A stretch of DNA of 64,000 nucleotides, taken from the NCBI GenBank assembly GCA_965215265.1, contig OZ244048.1, positions 2,880,001 through 2,944,000 of the forward strand, read 5' to 3'. The DNA comes from Candidatus Poribacteria bacterium. Its GTDB lineage: Bacteria; Poribacteria; WGA-4E; WGA-3G. Under the pieces are notes generated by a model. That model was not told the origin of the DNA. It saw nothing but the letters and a program-made list of their open reading frames with translations, and did not search any database. Made by a program: the position numbers and the translations under genes. This document shows, piece after piece, positions 1 to 9,007 of the stretch; the first letter of the stretch is position 1, and each line of letters begins with the position of its first letter.

Positions 1-137
1 GAACTCATAAACAAACTCTTTGGCGAAACAGAGCAAACACAGGAACAACTAAAAGAAACACGCGCACGGCTTCGGTGGAATAAGGAGACGGAAGAGGTAA
101 ATATCAAACAGAACTGATAAAAGACCTTATCTCCTGG

Positions 138-764
138 ATGGAAGAAAACGCGTATGCTGAAGGCGAAGCAATCCTCCCCACCTATTTGGAAAAATTGAAT
201 CAACGCGCATTACCCAAAATTCCACTGTCTGAAAATTGGCTAACCATTTCTGAGCGCGTTGATATTCACTATAACGCCTTCTTTGAAGCGCTAGAACTTC
301 TCCTTGACGATTCTGCCACATTTCAAATGTTATCTGAAATTTCCTTAGACATGGCACACTCGCACCTTTTGCCTGAGCCGTCAGCAATCCAAGCAGAACC
401 ATCGGAATCACAACAACCTCCTACGCATACGTGGGACATGATCCACGAGGCACCGGTTCAGGTTGGAGATCTCTCGCCAGAGTCTCCAGGGCGTTCTCCG
501 CCCCCTCCTGCAAATCTTGCGTCCGATACGGATCCACAAATAGATTTTAAGATACTAGAAGATTTACAAAGGGAACACCCTGGACAAGAAAATTTGGAAA
601 CCGCGCTTGAGGGACGGTTCTCACATGAGCGCTTCAACCAGGCCATGTCCATTTTGAATCAATACGGTCCCGAAGAAGGACTCCGCCGACTCAAAAACGA
701 TGATCCAGAACTTGCCTTGCAAATTGAAAAACATCTCCAAAATGGGCAGAATAAGCGGCGATGA
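138..764 (+). CDS. Hypothetical protein with Pro/Glu-rich linker and helical C-terminus (ERFNQAMSILNQYGPEEGLRRL); true 5' end probably upstream or frameshifted
   Basis: 208-aa ORF overlapping the next start (ATGA). An open frame at 1-117 suggests a longer ancestral gene. Confidence 0.6.
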   Translation: MEENAYAEGEAILPTYLEKLNQRALPKIPLSENWLTISERVDIHYNAFFEALELLLDDSATFQMLSEISLDMAHSHLLPEPSAIQAEPSESQQPPTHTWDMIHEAPVQVGDLSPESPGRSPPPPANLASDTDPQIDFKILEDLQREHPGQENLETALEGRFSHERFNQAMSILNQYGPEEGLRRLKNDDPELALQIEKHLQNGQNKRR

Positions 765-2290
765 AGCCATCAACAGTGCAAAAAAAATGGGTTGGATTGT
801 TAGAAAATAAGACACCGGCACTCTTACTTGTCTGCCTATTGTTTAGTTCTTTCTTGCTAAAACTCAACCGTCTTGGACACAGCCGTCTTGAAGGTGTGGA
901 TGAATCCTGCCACGCCGTTGTCTCGAAAAATCTACTCAAACACCCGCTGAAGCCGACCCTGATTGATACCCCTTACCTGTATTACTTTGAAGAAGTCTGG
1001 GGGCAAAACCATGTCTGGCTCCACAAACCCACTCTCCCGCTGTGGCAGAGTGCCCTCTCCATGTGGCTTTTGGGCATCAACAGCTTCGCGTTCCGACTGC
1101 CGAGTGCAATCCTCAGCACGCTTGCTGTTTGGCTGACGTATCTCATCGGCGTTGAACTCTTGACAAAGCGCGCCGCACTTATCGCCGCCACCGCACAAGC
1201 GTTCTCATGGTTTATTATGCGCGTAACGCATGGCTACATGTTTAGCGATGTGATGGACATCTCACTATTGTTCTACTGTGAATTCGGTATTTACGGGGTC
1301 ATTCGTGCGGTCAAGACGGGGAACTGACGTTTTGTTGTTTTAGCAGGAGCCGGACAGGGATTGGCGTTCCTCTCAAAAACCTATCCCGCTTTTCTTGTGA
1401 CCGGCATCGCCCTCGCTGGATGGTTCGCCCCGTCTCTCGCTTTGGCAAAAAGGGAAGACTGTCACCTCCGCTGGCAACATATTTTAGGACTCTTAGGTGT
1501 GACAGTGCTCGTTGCAGGACCCTAGACGTTGTTTACCGCGATTGCGTATCCGATTGAATTCGAAATCTCAAACCGTGTCACCTTCTCGCATTTTACTAAG
1601 GATTTGCAAGGCTGGGGCGCGCCCTGGTATCAGGTGTTCATATACACGCGTAACATCTTGAATCTACTTACACTTCCAACTGTCATCGCTCTTTGTTGCA
1701 CACTCCCGCGTCTGTTCCGAGAACGAAACATCCATCTCTGCCTCCTTTATGCTTGGGGGTTCGGCGTGTTTCCCCCGTTTCTCGTCGCCACAACGAAAAT
1801 CCCGTGTGCCACACTTATTGGCGCACCTGCCTTACTCTTGCTATTGGGAGACTTCATCGCGCGAACCACACACCGAAAAGAGAACAGCGAGGCACGCTGG
1901 CGAGGGAGACTTCGCAAATGCTGGACGGTTTTGATACTCCTCCTATTTCTCTGCGAAACCATCGATGCATGGTGGGCAACCCGTCCAGACAAAAGCCATC
2001 TAAGTTTCTTCGAGATTGCCACTTATGTGAAAACAAAATTGCCACAAAACGCGGTCCTCCTCACCGAGGAGAATAACGATGATCCAGAACACAACAATCT
2101 TCAAATGATGTTTCTGACTTCGCACACAGCCTATCCGTATTACTCCGAAAATGCATGGCGAAAATTAGCCAAACGGATTCGACACCGCGGCGGTATCCCT
2201 TACATTCTCACCTTCCGTGAATTGAACCTACCTGTTATCTTCAAAAGCGGTACAGATGGAGTCACCATTTATTCTACATCACCCACATGA
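761..2290 (+). pseudogene. ArnT/PMT-like GT-C glycosyltransferase interrupted by two in-frame stops
   Basis: DE motif, HKP, FAFRLPSA. ORFs 761-1327 and 1529-2290 are in one frame, with TGA at 1325 (KTGN*RFVVLAG..FLSK) and TAG at 1523 (AGP*TLF), both at probable Trp positions. Confidence 0.8.
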
Positions 2291-2345
2291 GTTCAAAAAC
2301 GGATGAACCCCCTGAAGACCACGAAGACAGGAACGAGAAACCCCA

Positions 2346-2996
2346 ATGAAAAAAACTGTCACCCGGTTCATGAAAACACGGAAAAACTCACACAGCGTGA
2401 AGTATCCAAGAAAACCGTTAGATGAGATTCTCGAATACCTACGCTTTACAAAGGTTGAGCCTTACATTCCAAAAGGCGTGCGTCTGTTAGATATTGGCAC
2501 CGGCGATGGACACTTTTTACACTACCTCAACGGGCACATCCACACCGCAGTCGGGATAGACCCGTATCTCTCTGAATCCACGAAAATCGGCAGCTACTAC
2601 CTCATCTCCGGTGCTTTCCCAGAAGACTTTGATTCAGACATTACCTTTGATGTGATTACCATATTAGCTGCACTTGAGCACATCCCCCATCATCGACTCC
2701 CTTGTGTTGTCAGCGCCTGTGCAAAATACCTGAAAACTGGAGGACAGGTCATTCTCACCGTCCCACATCCACGCGTGGACAGCATCCTGAAGCTGCTGAC
2801 GTATCTCCGGGTCTTTGTCGGATTTTCGACACATCAGCATCATGGATTCAACCCCGAATGTCTCCCAACCCTGTTCAACGGCTGGATACTTGTGAAAAAA
2901 CAACGCTGGGAACTCGGATGTAATTACCTCTTTATCTTTGAAAAACCGGCGAAGAAAGAGAATGAAATGGAAGGAATCCCCACGCAGGCATGTTAG
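2346..2996 (+). CDS. Class I SAM-dependent methyltransferase
   Basis: LLDIGTGDG motif I, FDVITILAALEH, LKTGGQVILTVP. The start may be the second ATG (2370). Confidence 0.85.
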   Translation: MKKTVTRFMKTRKNSHSVKYPRKPLDEILEYLRFTKVEPYIPKGVRLLDIGTGDGHFLHYLNGHIHTAVGIDPYLSESTKIGSYYLISGAFPEDFDSDITFDVITILAALEHIPHHRLPCVVSACAKYLKTGGQVILTVPHPRVDSILKLLTYLRVFVGFSTHQHHGFNPECLPTLFNGWILVKKQRWELGCNYLFIFEKPAKKENEMEGIPTQAC

Positions 2997-3549
2997 ATTC
3001 AGCTCCAAACAACTTATCACACGCACTCAACACGGCGACACCGAAGCGTCCCATCGCCTCGTTAGCAAATACCACCCCCGGCTGTATACTCACATCAACC
3101 GCCGTGTCAAAGAACCCGAGCTTGCCAAAGACTTGACACAAGAAACCTGGCTGAAAGCATTTCGCGCCATCCACACCTTCCGCGGGGACGCGGCGTTCTA
3201 TTCCTGGGTGTATCGCATCGCAGAGAACGTCATAACGAACTTTTTCCGTAAATAGACGCACGCCAGCGAGGCATACCGCCTTACCGAGACACATCCTTCT
3301 CCGTGTCAAGACCTGCTGCGAAAAGAACTCCGCCTTCAGATTCAGGTTGCCATCGAACACCTCACCCCGATGCGGAAACAGGTCTTCTGCCTCTATTATA
3401 GGGATGAGCTGTCTATCAAAGCAATAGCAGCGCGTTTAAGACGTTCCGAAGGCACTATCAAAACCCATCTGCGCACTGCCCGGCTCCAGCTCCAAGCGTC
3501 CCTGACCCCTTATCTGAACAATGTAGACACCGACATCTTAGGTAGGTGA
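2938..3549 (+). pseudogene. ECF sigma-70 factor with in-frame TAG between regions 2 and 4
   Basis: Region 2 (AKDLTQETWLKAF..FYSWVYRIAEN), then TAG at 3253, then in-frame region 4 (LTPMRKQVFCLYYRDELSIKAIAARLRRSEGTIKTHLRTAR) to TGA 3547-3549. Confidence 0.85.
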
Positions 3550-3903
3550 AACCTGCGCCACCTTTGGAATTGCAGCATGACGCAGTCGCCCGGCAACCCG
3601 GACAAAAGCCCGGAGACGGAGCTCGCTGTGAAGATTAAGTGCTGCCAACGCTGTGAGTCAGATTGCCGGGCAGACAACTTCAGAAAGGCATTCGGTAGCT
3701 TGTGTGGGAGGCAGGTTCACTTCGTTCTTCTGAATTTGTTCCGACGAGAATTGGAAAGATGAGCATGATACCGCCTGTATCTTGATAAGACGTTAGGCTG
3801 GCTACAAATGGCAAAATCTCGGTGGCAGAAGATTTGGCAGCGTGTCTGCGAACTTTTTCGTATAGTGCAGCCCATCAACGCATGATGTGTTGTCAATCAC
3901 TGT

Positions 3904-4145
3904 GTACATCTCGCCAGAGGGTTCTGATGCTATGATTCAAAACATCGGAAACCTCCGACGAGATTTATGCTAAGGTTATCAAAGCATAGAGCGGTAATAG
4001 GCTCCTATAGACAAAAGAACGAGATTTGTGCTTAGGTTTACATTGCAGCCATCGGTGTTGGGCTGCATCATACAAAAGAACGAGATTTGTACAGGATTTA
4101 ACATAGTAGCCTTTAACGTGCTGCCGTATACGAAAGAACGAGCAG
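3904..4145. repeat. Palindromic intergenic repeat plus ~60-bp degenerate direct repeats (AAAGAACGAGATTTGT)
   Basis: Hairpin ATCTCG..GAGG..GATG / CATC..CCTC..CGAGAT. The CGAG core recurs at ~3958, 4020, 4081 and 4139. Confidence 0.7.
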
Positions 4146-4147
4146 CC

Positions 4148-4298
4148 TTAACGCAATTCAAGCTGCTTCAGATTTATCCCTTTTTTGGAGAAAAAAGGTG
4201 AATGTATGTTCACTTTCGTTGATTTGTTGAAGTTAAGGTGGAAGATGTGATAAGATGAGTCACGTCTCCTAGGAATTGAGAGGTGTGCCGAGGATGTC
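4148..4298 (+). promoter_or_regulatory. Conserved ~150-nt non-coding leader or ncRNA candidate, copy 1
   Basis: Clearly homologous to 32661-32817: TTTATCCCTTTTTTGG..GAATGTATGTTCACTTTC..AGATGTGATAAGATGAGT..GAATTGAGAG..CCGAGGAT. Confidence 0.65.
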
Positions 4299-4436
4299 AC
4301 TAGCAATCCTTATTTTGTGACACTCTTGGGGTTAGCACATTATAGGGACGGATTGCCCAGAACGCAAAACACGCAGACAGAAATCTACCTTTGCCTTCCA
4401 GATAGCAATCCCCCGAAATATAAAGGAGAACATGAA

Positions 4437-4754
4437 ATGAAAATGTCTTTGTGCCAGATGATTGCGATTGTCTGTATCTTCGCAGTGGGATTCATGGCGG
4501 TTACACCGTTTTTGCTACAAGATGCCTATGGGGGCGCAGATCAGTATGATTATGATGCTTATAAGGTGTACTCTTGGGCAACTGGTGAGTTTATTGGTTA
4601 TTACATCGTAAGCGGTGGTTTGACATATACAGATCACTATAACTACTACCATTACCCCGGTAGTGAGGTAACAGCATGGGAGCACCGCCTGGCTTGGCCG
4701 AATGGGCATAGCACGAATGTCAATATGAACATTCTCGGTGTACGGTACTGGTAG
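4437..4754 (+). CDS. Small secreted Tyr/His/Trp-rich protein (105 aa)
   Basis: AAAGGAG RBS and a hydrophobic signal peptide ending ..QDAYG/G. The mature part is Tyr-rich. Confidence 0.75.
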   Translation: MKMSLCQMIAIVCIFAVGFMAVTPFLLQDAYGGADQYDYDAYKVYSWATGEFIGYYIVSGGLTYTDHYNYYHYPGSEVTAWEHRLAWPNGHSTNVNMNILGVRYW

Positions 4755-4774
4755 GATTGATGTCCCATTGAAAC

Positions 4775-4813
4775 AGGTCAGAAGCGCGACACCTCGGTTT
4801 GCGTTTCTGACCT
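4775..4813 (+). other. Strong 3' stem-loop without U-tract (RNA-stabilising or attenuating)
   Basis: AGGTCAGAAGCGC..GCGTTTCTGACCT. Confidence 0.6.
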
Positions 4814-4833
4814 AGATCAGAGGAGATTCATTC

Positions 4834-5519
4834 ATGAAAGTTTTGATAGTCACTACATGTTTAATATACGTTATACTTTTCGGGCTTATTCTCTATATGC
4901 ACTACGATACCAAGGCAATCCTCCAAAACTTGCCGCAGCCACCTATCCCGCAACGCGAAGTAGTTTCAGAAGAAAAAATACCAAGCGAAGTGAGAACTCC
5001 TTTCCATCAAGCAGAACAGACCTTAGAGGAGACCTTGCCAGTTACCCACACCCATGGCGATTCTCACGAGCAGACCGATTCTCATGGACACACACATCAC
5101 CACAACTCACTTGTGGAGCCAACGCCTTCTTTGGAATCTGATGTCGCACAACACACCGAAGAACCCGTTGAAGCCCCCCAAGTGGGGGGCAACTGCCCCC
5201 TGGTGTGGTGGCATGGAAAAGTGTAGGGCCAAATGGAACATTAGAGGTAGATAGGGAGGCTTTCCTTGCTGAGTTTGGAAATCATCCGAAAGCTCATACA
5301 TATTTAGTGTTACATAGAAAAATAAACATGGCTGACTCCTACACATACAGAGATATATACGAGTATATGGCGTTGGAGAAAGAGTTCACGCAGGATCCGA
5401 ATATATTGCCATCACACTTAGAAATGATGAGACAGAACGCGATAAAAAACCCTGATGGAAAACTTCCATCTTGGCGGTCACTGAAAAATAATCCGAATAT
5501 TAGGATAATAGAAAAATAA
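4834..5519 (+). pseudogene. Membrane-anchored His-rich protein with FGxxPxxHTY domain, split by a frameshift at a G6 run
   Basis: N-terminal TM helix and THTHGDSH..HGHTHHH. One extra G at 5184-5189 joins ORF 4834-5226 to 5205-5519 (VGGQLPPGVVAWK..AEFGNHPKAHTYL). Confidence 0.7.
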
Positions 5520-5553
5520 TCGAAAAATCAAAGCCGAAAAACTCTCCGGTGCA

Positions 5554-6735
5554 GTGCCGGCAGAGTTGTCCCTATCACTGACTGGATTGACGATGAAAAG
5601 TCTGAAGCCAACGAATAAGAGGATTGTTTTCTTGCAGTTGCGAAAATCAGTGATACTGTGTGCGATTCTGTGTATTGCCTTCTGGATTCGCATCCTGAGT
5701 GTAGACACTATTCCAGATAAACATTTTACTGGGATAGATCCTTATCTCTATTATTGGCAAGCACAAATTATTTCTGAACATGGACAACTTCCAGAACGCG
5801 ACATGCACCGCTGGTTACCGCTCGGTAGAGATTTGGAGCAATCCTTAAATCTTTATTCTTATGCCCTCGCTTACACATATAAAGCCTTGGCTTTGCTTTT
5901 TCCGAAACTTTTGCTGTATCATGTAGCCTTTTACGCACCGTCTGTCTGTTTTTGCATCGGGCTCGGCGTGCTTTGTCTGTTTCTCTCCCGGGGTTTCGGA
6001 TTTCTCTTTTCGGTCATCGTGGGTGTGCTCTTAGCAACGCTCCCAGGTGCTATTCACCGCAGTACCGTTGGATTTAGCGACAGAGATGCTTGGTGTCTAA
6101 TGCTCGGTATCTTCGCTGTTGGTACCTATCTTGCTTCGCTGAAATCACAACATAAACGCCAACGCCTGATATGGACGCTTACAAGTGGCGTTTTAATGTT
6201 CCTCGGGGGCCTGTCTTGGGAAGGCTTCGGTGTTTTTCTGAGCGTCATCATTGTTGTGGAACTCTACCGGTTTCTGACATCCGAAACAGAGGAAGGACTT
6301 TATCTTTATCTGTTGTGGGTGCTAACCTTCGTCCCGACACTTTACCTCGTTTCCCCTGCCTATCGGAGCGGATACGGTTTTGCAGAACACCTCTTTGCAT
6401 TTATGCTCGTGATGCCAATTGTGGTTTTCGCCATCCGCGCACTCCGGCATCTTCTCCTCTCAAAAGCGAAAAAACTCCACGCCCATGCCCGCACCCTCTC
6501 GCTGACAGAGTGGGTTGTGACGGAGGCGTTGGAGCGGTTGATGCGAGGACGGACATCGTTTGTTATCGCACATCGGTTGTCTACCGTGCTGAATGCGGAT
6601 GTGATTCTGGCCGTGGAAGGCGGCAACATTGTGGAACAAGGCACACATCAGGAGTTGCTGAATCAAGGTGGGCTCTATGCCCGGTTGTATCACTTACAAT
6701 TTGCGGCACCTGCTGGCTACTCAAAAGAGCAATAA
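5554..6735 (+). pseudogene. STT3/AglB-like oligosaccharyltransferase N-terminal TM domain, truncated and fused in frame to an ABC-ATPase C-terminal fragment
   Basis: [15 protein letters not shown] and SWEGF motifs. After ~6500 the sequence switches to [33 protein letters not shown]. Confidence 0.75.
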
Positions 6736-6778
6736 CCGGTTCAAAGATGGACGATGAACACCGGAATTACCAATTCTT

Positions 6779-7636
6779 TCAAACAACGTCCCCGCTATCT
6801 CCACTTAACCACTGCTGAACTCGTCTCAACTTATCAGTCGCTATTTGCACAACATGCGAATCTGCTGGAAAATCCCCTGACTCTACATCAGCCTTATAGC
6901 GGCAGATCGCCTCAAAGGTCAGTTCGTTGTAATCCTGATATCGTGTGGCATGCTTGAATGCAGGTCCCATACCGAGTATATCATTTATAACAAGTACCTG
7001 CCCATCACAGAATCGCCCGGCTCCGATACCGATAGTCGGGATGCGAATCCTTTCAGTGATGATACGGCTCACTTCTTCGGTGACTTTTTCAAGGACGATG
7101 AGTTTAGCACCAGCCTCAGCCAATGTCAACGCGGTCTCAATGATTCGTTTTGCCCCGGATACGGTTGTGCCGTGCATAGACGCTTTCCTACCGTGAATTT
7201 GTGGATTATGCCCGATATGCCCGCAAACCTCAATGCCTGCTTCCGTTAAGGCGTTGACAATGCGCGATTTTTCGCGTCCTCCTTCTAATTTAACACCATC
7301 TGCACCGTGCGATAAAAAAAGCCGGGCGTTCTCCACCGCCTGCGCGGGGTGGCTGTGCGAATCATACGGCATGTCAATAAGTAGATAGGCATCGGTTACG
7401 CCCCGGCGCACCGCTTTGAGATGATGCAACATATCCGCTATGGTCACCTCTACCTCACTTTTATAGCCGAGGACGTTGGTGCCAACACTATCACCAACAA
7501 AGACGATGTCAATCCCTGCTTTATCCTGCAAGCAGGCTGTCGGATAATCGTAGCAGGTTAGCATGGTAATGGGTTCACGTCGCTGTTTTTTTGCGAGCAA
7601 GGAACCGAACTCTTTCTTCAAAGGTTTTCTCCACAA
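6779..7636 (-). CDS. panB: 3-methyl-2-oxobutanoate hydroxymethyltransferase
   Basis: TCYD, VGDS, DMPY, GVKLEGG, IPTIGIGAG..DGQVLV. Confidence 0.92.
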   Translation of the reverse strand: MWRKPLKKEFGSLLAKKQRREPITMLTCYDYPTACLQDKAGIDIVFVGDSVGTNVLGYKSEVEVTIADMLHHLKAVRRGVTDAYLLIDMPYDSHSHPAQAVENARLFLSHGADGVKLEGGREKSRIVNALTEAGIEVCGHIGHNPQIHGRKASMHGTTVSGAKRIIETALTLAEAGAKLIVLEKVTEEVSRIITERIRIPTIGIGAGRFCDGQVLVINDILGMGPAFKHATRYQDYNELTFEAICRYKADVESGDFPADSHVVQIATDKLRRVQQWLSGDSGDVV

Positions 7637-7714
7637 TCAACTATTGGCGTGAGAAGAAACTATAAAACAATTTTTTTTGTATACAGGAGGCCCAATAAAG
7701 GCGGCTGCTCTGTT

Positions 7715-7875
7715 AAATCCTGTACAAATCTCGCCAGAGGGTTCTGATGTTATGAATCTATACATCAAAATCTATAGATCGGCAGGTAAAAGGTTATCTT
7801 ATCTGCCAGCGGTGGCTCCCACCCGCCCAACTCCAAGGTATTCCTAGTGGGCGGGCACCATACCTAACCTGCCAC
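7715..7875. repeat. Member of the intergenic palindromic repeat family
   Basis: TACAAATCTCGCCAGAGGGTTCTGATGTTATGAATC matches 3904-3945. CCATACCTAACCTGCCAC is the reverse complement of ~39530-39547. Confidence 0.65.
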
Positions 7876-8042
7876 ATCAATCAGTATTGGGCTCCTGTAT
7901 ACAAGAAAACATTCAGCCCGCTGGGGCTGCTCTGATGTGTTTTTTCCGTGTGTTCCGATTCGGTGTCAAACTCTCAGGAAAATAGAAAATTCTTGAAAAG
8001 TCAATCTGAAACGGACATAAACTGTCCAAAGATTAGATTAAA

Positions 8043-8912
8043 TTAGGACAACACTTGTGCGACGGTTTGCCCAATCGTCGCGAGGCTTTCAGCGACTAGA
8101 ATACCAGCTTCCTTAAGTGCCACGATTTTCTCTGCCGCCGTCCCTTTGCCGCCAGAGATAATAGCACCGGCATGTCCCATCCGCTTTCCGGGTGGTGCAG
8201 TCTGTCCGGCGATAAATCCGACAACAGGCTTTGTCATGTTATCCTTGACGAACTGTGCCGCGGTTTCTTCAGTCGAGCCCCCGATTTCCCCAATTAATAC
8301 TACAGCGTATGTTTCGTCATCTGCCTCAAAAAGTTGAAGTACCTCGACGAAATTTGTCCCGATAACCGGATCTCCGCCAATACCAACGCAAGTAGACTGC
8401 CCAATGCCGAGCTGCTTGAGTTGATAGGCTGCCTCATAAGTCAACGTTCCACTTCGAGAAACAATTCCGACGTTACCAGGACTATATGCAAATGCGGGCA
8501 TCACCCCAATCTTGCATTCACCGGGGGTAATGATACCGGGGCAGTTCGGCCCGATGAGCCGGGTCGATTTAGTCGCCAGAAATGCCTTCACCTTAACCAT
8601 ATCAAGCACCGGAATGTGCTCTGAGATACAGACGCTAAGCCCAACGCCTGCATCTGCTGCTTCCATCACTGAATCCGCGGCGAAACGCGCTGGAACAAGA
8701 ATCATAGATGCATCTGCACCTGTTTCCGCTACGGCTTCTCCTACTGTATCATAGACAGGGATACCATCAACCTCAGAGCCACCCCTGCCCGGCACAGCCC
8801 CGGCCACAACTTGCGTACCATACGCAGCACACTGCTCAGTATGAAACCGTCCGGAACTACCAGTAATCCCCTGAACGACGACTTTTGTGTTTTTGTTAAC
8901 AAGTATGCTCAT
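8043..8912 (-). CDS. sucD: Succinyl-CoA synthetase alpha subunit
   Basis: [31 protein letters not shown]. Confidence 0.97.
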   Translation of the reverse strand: MSILVNKNTKVVVQGITGSSGRFHTEQCAAYGTQVVAGAVPGRGGSEVDGIPVYDTVGEAVAETGADASMILVPARFAADSVMEAADAGVGLSVCISEHIPVLDMVKVKAFLATKSTRLIGPNCPGIITPGECKIGVMPAFAYSPGNVGIVSRSGTLTYEAAYQLKQLGIGQSTCVGIGGDPVIGTNFVEVLQLFEADDETYAVVLIGEIGGSTEETAAQFVKDNMTKPVVGFIAGQTAPPGKRMGHAGAIISGGKGTAAEKIVALKEAGILVAESLATIGQTVAQVLS

Positions 8913-9007
8913 AGATTTAAGTTAGCAAGGGATTCCCAATAAACTGAAAATCCGTCCATCTCACGTGTAGAAAACCCACCTCTGCTGCGCTGCGATTCAG
9001 ACAATTA

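Noticed and set aside
1325-1327. TGA in the ArnT-like gene as selenocysteine
   Set aside because: It is not in a Cys/redox motif, sits at a likely Trp position, has no SECIS-like hairpin, and the gene carries a second (TAG) stop.
3253-3255. Genome-wide amber or opal recoding (pyrrolysine or alternative code)
   Set aside because: TAG and TGA end intact genes at their expected C-termini (TAG at 39494 and 53247; TGA in uvrB and murA), and housekeeping genes have no internal stops.
3958-4145. CRISPR array
   Set aside because: The repeats are short and degenerate, the intervening sequences resemble each other, and there are no cas genes.
4437-4754. Definite double-glycine bacteriocin precursor or N-glycosylation substrate
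   Set aside because: The leader looks like a Sec signal peptide, no C39 peptidase domain is seen in the exporters, and the mature part has no N-X-S/T sequon.
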